The notes below the pieces were generated by a model. That model made no database searches. It had not been told where the DNA came from and was given only the letters and a program-made list of their open reading frames with translations. Positions 60,001-64,000 of a stretch of 64,000 bases of DNA are shown here, one piece after another. Source of the stretch: Acidobacteriota bacterium (lineage in GTDB: Bacteria > Acidobacteriota > UBA6911 > RPQK01 > JAJDTT01); NCBI GenBank assembly GCA_965217775.1, contig CBDCJH010000002.1, positions 3,904,001 to 3,968,000 of the forward strand, read 5' to 3'. Numbering within the stretch: the stretch's first letter is position 1; each line of letters opens with the position of its first letter. A program made the position numbers and the translations under genes.

Positions 60001-60831
60001 TACAGCGTTCGCAGGATCGAAGGCGCGACCGTCATCACTTTTTGCCAGCGCCTCATGGTACGGAAGCAGGAAACCATCCTCGAATTCCGGCCGGATCGAG
60101 TGGACGACCATGCGCTCCCACAGAAGGCTCCGAAGCTTCTCGCCCGGCGACCGGTTGTACCGGTACTCCGTAAGGTCGCCAATCTTCTTCACGCGCCCGA
60201 CGCCGATGAGCACCCGCCGGCCCGTATCATCGACGAGTGGAACTTGCTTTGCGTAGAAAAATACAAGGGACTTTTCGGGTCGAACATGATTCCAGAAGCA
60301 GTCGAGCAAGGCGCGGTGGTTGCGATGATCCTGCAGAAAATTCGACTTGAAGGGTAACCGCGGCTCCAGCTCTGCGTTCACTTCGTCCAACGGGAACTTG
60401 TCCATGAGGCCAGCAACGCTGTTTTTCGGATCTCCGAAAACTTCGTTTCGCATCATCCACCGAAACGGGATTGCTGCCGCTCCATACGGCGGATGACGCA
60501 ATGGAGTCGGGCGAAAATGGCCGTGTGTCTGAGGACTGGTCTTGACGTAGGGATGCTGTTTCCGGTGGACGAAGTCGAAGTCAGCCATGAAGCTGGCCCG
60601 CTCGTTGACGCACGGCGGCAGCGGAATGTCCCGAGCTATCAGGTCTTCGAATGACCGGCCCTTTACGGTTTCCTCGACGCGGTCGTCCTTGGAATCCGAG
60701 ATGTTCTTCAACTTGAGACACGCTGTGTTGAACTTCGGTTCCTTGCATACGGAGCCGTTCCAGCCGTTGTCGTGCCACGGGACCCGGATGGACACATGGT
60801 GTAACGGATATGAAAAATTAATCATGTTCAA
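57013..60831 (-). CDS. Large RecD-like SF1B helicase with unknown N-terminal domain and C-terminal nuclease-like domain
   Basis: GRAGTGKT, LAPTGKA, IVDECSM, GDYRQLPPIGAG, AYALTVHKAQGSEF, YTALTR; C-terminal VRSKSEVIIAN...YEYE...PDFTI...WEHLGM. Confidence 0.85.
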   Translation of the reverse strand: MNMINFSYPLHHVSIRVPWHDNGWNGSVCKEPKFNTACLKLKNISDSKDDRVEETVKGRSFEDLIARDIPLPPCVNERASFMADFDFVHRKQHPYVKTSPQTHGHFRPTPLRHPPYGAAAIPFRWMMRNEVFGDPKNSVAGLMDKFPLDEVNAELEPRLPFKSNFLQDHRNHRALLDCFWNHVRPEKSLVFFYAKQVPLVDDTGRRVLIGVGRVKKIGDLTEYRYNRSPGEKLRSLLWERMVVHSIRPEFEDGFLLPYHEALAKSDDGRAFDPANAVAFAPQDRFVEFSYVTEHVGNDAAISSLMAMRSALHRCSELFGYVPDRFERWIDRELSRLWIKRGPFPGLGVVLSAMSVRMGNFIAQSLLDRIGDETDPWPAWFRTLDNPDEFLPPELARHIDDSIAKAWQRMDNGRRAFLALLSRMDITQDQADLLVSPVERRDHGIDPSDAEITKNPYLVYEATRLSDRPVSIGVVDRGMFPNAKLRKEFPIPEPSLVKTAVDVRRLRALTIRSLEAAARNGDTLRSRDDIVRALRRGEEDGEEQTAQITTDLLGVAEDEVFQGEIRIVKMANNQLAYQLVRLGEAGDLIRSTVEKRVAARRHCMDVNWRAVIDAFLKEMPDETEERDREEKARTEKTAAIEELASSRFSVLAGRAGTGKTTLLSILCAQPEINRGGVLLLAPTGKARVRMEDVARKAGIENCRAYTVAQHLILTDRYDGRTQRYLLTGARGERVAKTVIVDECSMLTEEMMAALIESLSGVVRLIFVGDYRQLPPIGAGRPFVDIVAHLKPEDFAIDQPHVASGFAELMIPRRPGAGQGDDLLLASWFGRGETSAGDDQVFEILSGMRTSRTVEFVSWETPDELQTVLPEVLRRTLDFDPDIEEWQALGIRLGGSEWNRSIWFHPKRGDREGAGIAAEAWQILSPVRQKPWGVDTLNRFIHTRYKGRQIDLAHNPGKMRYIPKPKGDQQIIYGDKVINNRNWSVPKQRMYPRPDGRGYLANGEIGIVVGHRRTRSRNWWPQNLEIEFSTQRGTSFTFYNSDFKEEGEAGLELAYALTVHKAQGSEFAKVLLVLPRSPLMVTRELLYTALTRQKDKVVVLLQGSATDLHRFSSDRYSAVVCRLTNLFRPPNPIEFRGRFLEEQLIHNTTRGELVRSKSEVIIANLLHVRNIDYEYEQQLEIDDVLYDKFPDFTIEDDDTGEKYIWEHLGMLRDDYYKRRWQEKEQWYRDNCILPHEEGGGANGTLIVTQDDRRGGIDSSAISQLIEDVLSGRSA

Positions 60832-61041
60832 GTTGTCTGACTCCGAATTGTTACTGAAGGCATTGCGGCCGACTACTCAAGGCCAGCGTCATGGCATAAA
60901 CGAGTGACGGGGCGTATTCGCCGGCGTCCGCCCAAGCCGCTCATCTATCGCATCGCATCCTCCGGCGAGATGCACGACGGATGTCTGGTCACTCAGCATC
61001 GGCTACACCTTGTATACCAATTGTCGCTCCGCCCGGAGGGA

Positions 61042-64000
61042 CTATGGCGCCAACACCTCGATCAGCTCCGCGATCACCTGGAATTGCTCTTCTTCCGCAC
61101 CGGTAAGGACGATCGGGTCGAAGTCCGGATTCACGGGCTGGAGGATGATCGTCTCGTGGCGCCAGGAGTCATGGGACGCCACCTTCTCGCTACGGTACCG
61201 CTTCACGGTGTAGCGCTGTCCCGTCTCGGGGTCGGTGGCGTCGCGGAGTTGGACGAGGACGGTCTTCCCCTGCCGGCTGCCCTCCACCGGGGCGCGAAAG
61301 AGACAGTACGAACCATCCGGGATGGCCGGCTCCATGGACCTGCCGATGACCTGCGCGGCGAACATGCCGGGGCGCAATCGGCGGCCCGAGTCGACGGCCA
61401 CCCAATCGAATGAGTCGTCCTCGACGTGCTGTGAATCGCCGAAGGCGCCCGCCGCAGCCTTGAGTGGAAAGAGCGGCACACAGTTGACATATCGATCTTC
61501 CGGGAGACCCTCCATAATCCTCAGATGCGGTGGAAGGGGTCGTCCGGACTCCCGGCCTTCGCCCTCGCCCGAGCCGGTCCGTAGCCGACGATAGGCTTCG
61601 GAAGCCATCCAGGCACTAACGATTCGCTGGAAGGACACGTCGTTCATGTACCGAATGAAGATCTCCTCATTCTGATCCATCCGTTCGACGAACAGCCCCT
61701 CGATCTGGTTCTTGAACACCATCTCGAACTTGTCGACCGAATTCACCGAGGCAGCGTGGCGCAGGCTGTCGTCCGTCAGAGCCGCCTCGACGATCTGGTC
61801 GAAGAAGAGCTGATCGGCCTGGTTGAAATCGGTTCCAAAGCGCTCGTTGATGACGTCGATGAGTTGGGAGAGGGGTACTTCATCCTCCCTCGCCAAACCG
61901 GATCCCACCTCCGTCGGGCCGTCCAAGGACCGCGCCTTGCCTTCCTGAAGCGAGATCGAGCCCTCGCTGATCTTCTGCAGCCGATAGTACTCGAGCCGCA
62001 CCTCGTCATCGAACTGGTAGGCCGGCCCGCTCCGGCGACGCGGCAGCTTCGCCGCCAGATGGCGCAGGAAGACGTACAGACGCTCGAGATCCGAGTCCTG
62101 GTAGGGGATCACTTGGCTCAGGAACCCGTAGAGGTTGCGGAACGCCCGGACCTTGCCGCGCCAGAGTTCCGCCTCGTCCTCCTGGTCTCTCTGCAGCACC
62201 GTGAAGCGGGACACGGCCGGATCGAGCGCCGCATTCATGATTCGGTGGTCCCGAACGCTCTGGCGCTGCCTGGGCTTGAAGTACACCGAGCAGAATCCCT
62301 CCACCTCTTCATCGAGGTAGATTCCGGAGGCGTCCAGGTCTCCCTTGACCAGATACATCCGGGCGGGGTCCACCTCGTCGCCCATTTCCGCACCCTCGTA
62401 GTACGTCTTGAAGGCCTCGTGTATTTCGTCACGGTCGTTGACGAAATCGAGGACGAAGGTGTCCTCCTTCAGGGGGTGGGTGCGGTTCAGGCGCGAGAGT
62501 GTCTGGACGGCCCGGATCCCGGCAAGCCGTTTGTCCACGTACATGGTGTGCAACAGCGGCTGATCGAAGCCGGTCTGGTACTTTTCGGCTACCAGGAGAA
62601 CTTGGTATTCCTGCGTACCGAACTTCTCGGGCAGCTCCGTCTGGCGAATCCCGAGGTTCATCTTCACCTCGGTGTATTCGACACCCGAAAGCTTGTCGTC
62701 CTGAACTGCGCCGGAGAACGCGACCAGCGTCTTGATCGAGTATCCCTTCTCCTTGATGTAGCGATCGAAGCTCTGCTTGTAACGCACCGCCTCGAGCCGC
62801 GACCCGGTGACGACCATCGCCTTGGCGCGGCCCCCGATCTTGTGCCGGGTCACGGCCTGGAAGTGTTCGACCATGACCTCGGTCTTCTGTGCGATGTTGT
62901 GCGGGTGCAGACGCATGAAGCGGGCCAGCGCACGAGCCGCCCGCTTGCGCTCGACGTTGGGATCGTCCTCACAGGCCTTGAGGAGTTGATAATAGGTGAC
63001 GTAGGTCGTGTAGTGCTTCAGCACATCGAGGATGAACCCCTCCTCGATGGCTTGACGCATGGTGTAGCGGTGCATCGGCTCGCCGTTGCGGCCGAAGACC
63101 GCGAGGGTCTTGTGCTTGGGCGTCGCCGTGAAGGCGAAGAAACTCAAGTTCGCCTGCCGGCCGCGCTTCGCCATGCTGCGAAACAGTTTTTCCAGATCTT
63201 CGCGCCCTTCCTCCTTGGCGCGCACGCGAGCTTCCTCCCGAAGGCGTTCGCCCCCAAGGACTTCCTTGAGGTCCGTCGCTGTCTCTCCCCCCTGGGAGCT
63301 GTGGGCCTCGTCCACGATGACGGCACAGCGTCGTGTCGGAAGGACGCCGGTTCCCTGCTCGCCCCGCTCCTCGGCCATCTTCAAGAGTTGCCGTGACACG
63401 AACGGGAACTTCTGCAGGGTGGTGATGATGATCGGCACGGCCGTCTCCAAGGCATTGGCGAGCTGCTTGGAGCTCTTCTCTATCTTCTGCAACACCCCGA
63501 ACTTGTGTTCGAATTGGTAGATGGTGTCTTGGAGCTGCTGGTCGAGCACGACGCGGTCGGTCACGACGATCACGCTGTCGAAGATCCGCTCATTCGCGTC
63601 GTCGTGCAGCGAGGCCAGCCGGTGGGCAAGCCAGCCGATGCTGTTGCTCTTGCCGCTGCCCGCCGAGTGCTCGATCAAGTAGTTCTGTCCGACGCCGTCT
63701 GCCCGGGCCCCTTCCACCAGCGTGCGCACGGCGTCGAGTTGGTGGAAGCGCGGAAAGATCATCGTCTCGACCTTGACCTTGCGGCCACGATCATCGCGCT
63801 TCTCATTGATCTGAAGGTGGATGAAGCGCGCGAGCAGGTCGAGTAGGCTGTGGCGTTCGAGCACCTCCTCCCAGAGATAGGCTGTGCGGTAGCCGCGGCA
63901 AGCGGGATCGACCGGGTTGCCCGCCGCGCCGTCGCAGCCTTGGTCGAAGGGCAGGAAGTGGGTCGCGTTGCCGCCGAGTCGGGTGGTCATGCGCACGCAC
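61042..64000 (-). CDS. hsdR: Type I restriction enzyme R subunit with C-terminal S24 (LexA-like) peptidase domain; 5' end outside the window
   Basis: [65 protein letters not shown]; then VPL...AAAG, GRSMEP.I.DG, YTVKR, L.P.NP.F.PI. Confidence 0.92.
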   Translation of the reverse strand, partial: CVRMTTRLGGNATHFLPFDQGCDGAAGNPVDPACRGYRTAYLWEEVLERHSLLDLLARFIHLQINEKRDDRGRKVKVETMIFPRFHQLDAVRTLVEGARADGVGQNYLIEHSAGSGKSNSIGWLAHRLASLHDDANERIFDSVIVVTDRVVLDQQLQDTIYQFEHKFGVLQKIEKSSKQLANALETAVPIIITTLQKFPFVSRQLLKMAEERGEQGTGVLPTRRCAVIVDEAHSSQGGETATDLKEVLGGERLREEARVRAKEEGREDLEKLFRSMAKRGRQANLSFFAFTATPKHKTLAVFGRNGEPMHRYTMRQAIEEGFILDVLKHYTTYVTYYQLLKACEDDPNVERKRAARALARFMRLHPHNIAQKTEVMVEHFQAVTRHKIGGRAKAMVVTGSRLEAVRYKQSFDRYIKEKGYSIKTLVAFSGAVQDDKLSGVEYTEVKMNLGIRQTELPEKFGTQEYQVLLVAEKYQTGFDQPLLHTMYVDKRLAGIRAVQTLSRLNRTHPLKEDTFVLDFVNDRDEIHEAFKTYYEGAEMGDEVDPARMYLVKGDLDASGIYLDEEVEGFCSVYFKPRQRQSVRDHRIMNAALDPAVSRFTVLQRDQEDEAELWRGKVRAFRNLYGFLSQVIPYQDSDLERLYVFLRHLAAKLPRRRSGPAYQFDDEVRLEYYRLQKISEGSISLQEGKARSLDGPTEVGSGLAREDEVPLSQLIDVINERFGTDFNQADQLFFDQIVEAALTDDSLRHAASVNSVDKFEMVFKNQIEGLFVERMDQNEEIFIRYMNDVSFQRIVSAWMASEAYRRLRTGSGEGEGRESGRPLPPHLRIMEGLPEDRYVNCVPLFPLKAAAGAFGDSQHVEDDSFDWVAVDSGRRLRPGMFAAQVIGRSMEPAIPDGSYCLFRAPVEGSRQGKTVLVQLRDATDPETGQRYTVKRYRSEKVASHDSWRHETIILQPVNPDFDPIVLTGAEEEQFQVIAELIEVLAP

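Overview
High-GC bacterial chromosomal window. The gene content (PhyH, LLM, PQQ and beta-propeller expansions) suggests an Acidobacteriota-like organism, but this is inference only. A metabolic and secreted-protein backbone (formate dehydrogenase alpha subunit, 2 Ldh_2 paralogs, 3 tandem PhyH dioxygenases, SDR, YbdK, RlpA, PQQ dehydrogenase, multiheme cytochrome c, TonB receptor, ALDH, porin, tRNA-Arg) is interrupted by three accessory regions. (1) 2.6-5.0 kb: a stand-alone HUH/Y1 (RAYT-like) transposase flanked by inverted clusters of a 23-bp motif and bracketed by two diverged alleles of the fdh 3' end. (2) 18.4-37.9 kb: a defence/TA hotspot apparently present as two tandem haplotypes, each anchored on a copy of the same cytochrome c/beta-propeller gene pair. 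It holds a nuclease-NACHT gene, VapBC and AbrB-PIN TA pairs, orphan antitoxins, a complete group II intron, a decayed DISARM, and an intact ABC-ATPase + DUF4276 pair. (3) 57-64 kb: a type I HsdR fused to an apparently catalytically intact LexA/S24 peptidase domain, followed by a large RecD-like helicase-nuclease. A REP-like palindrome family and a hairpin MITE are also present. No CRISPR array or rRNA was found. All family assignments come from motifs read by eye; no database search was run.
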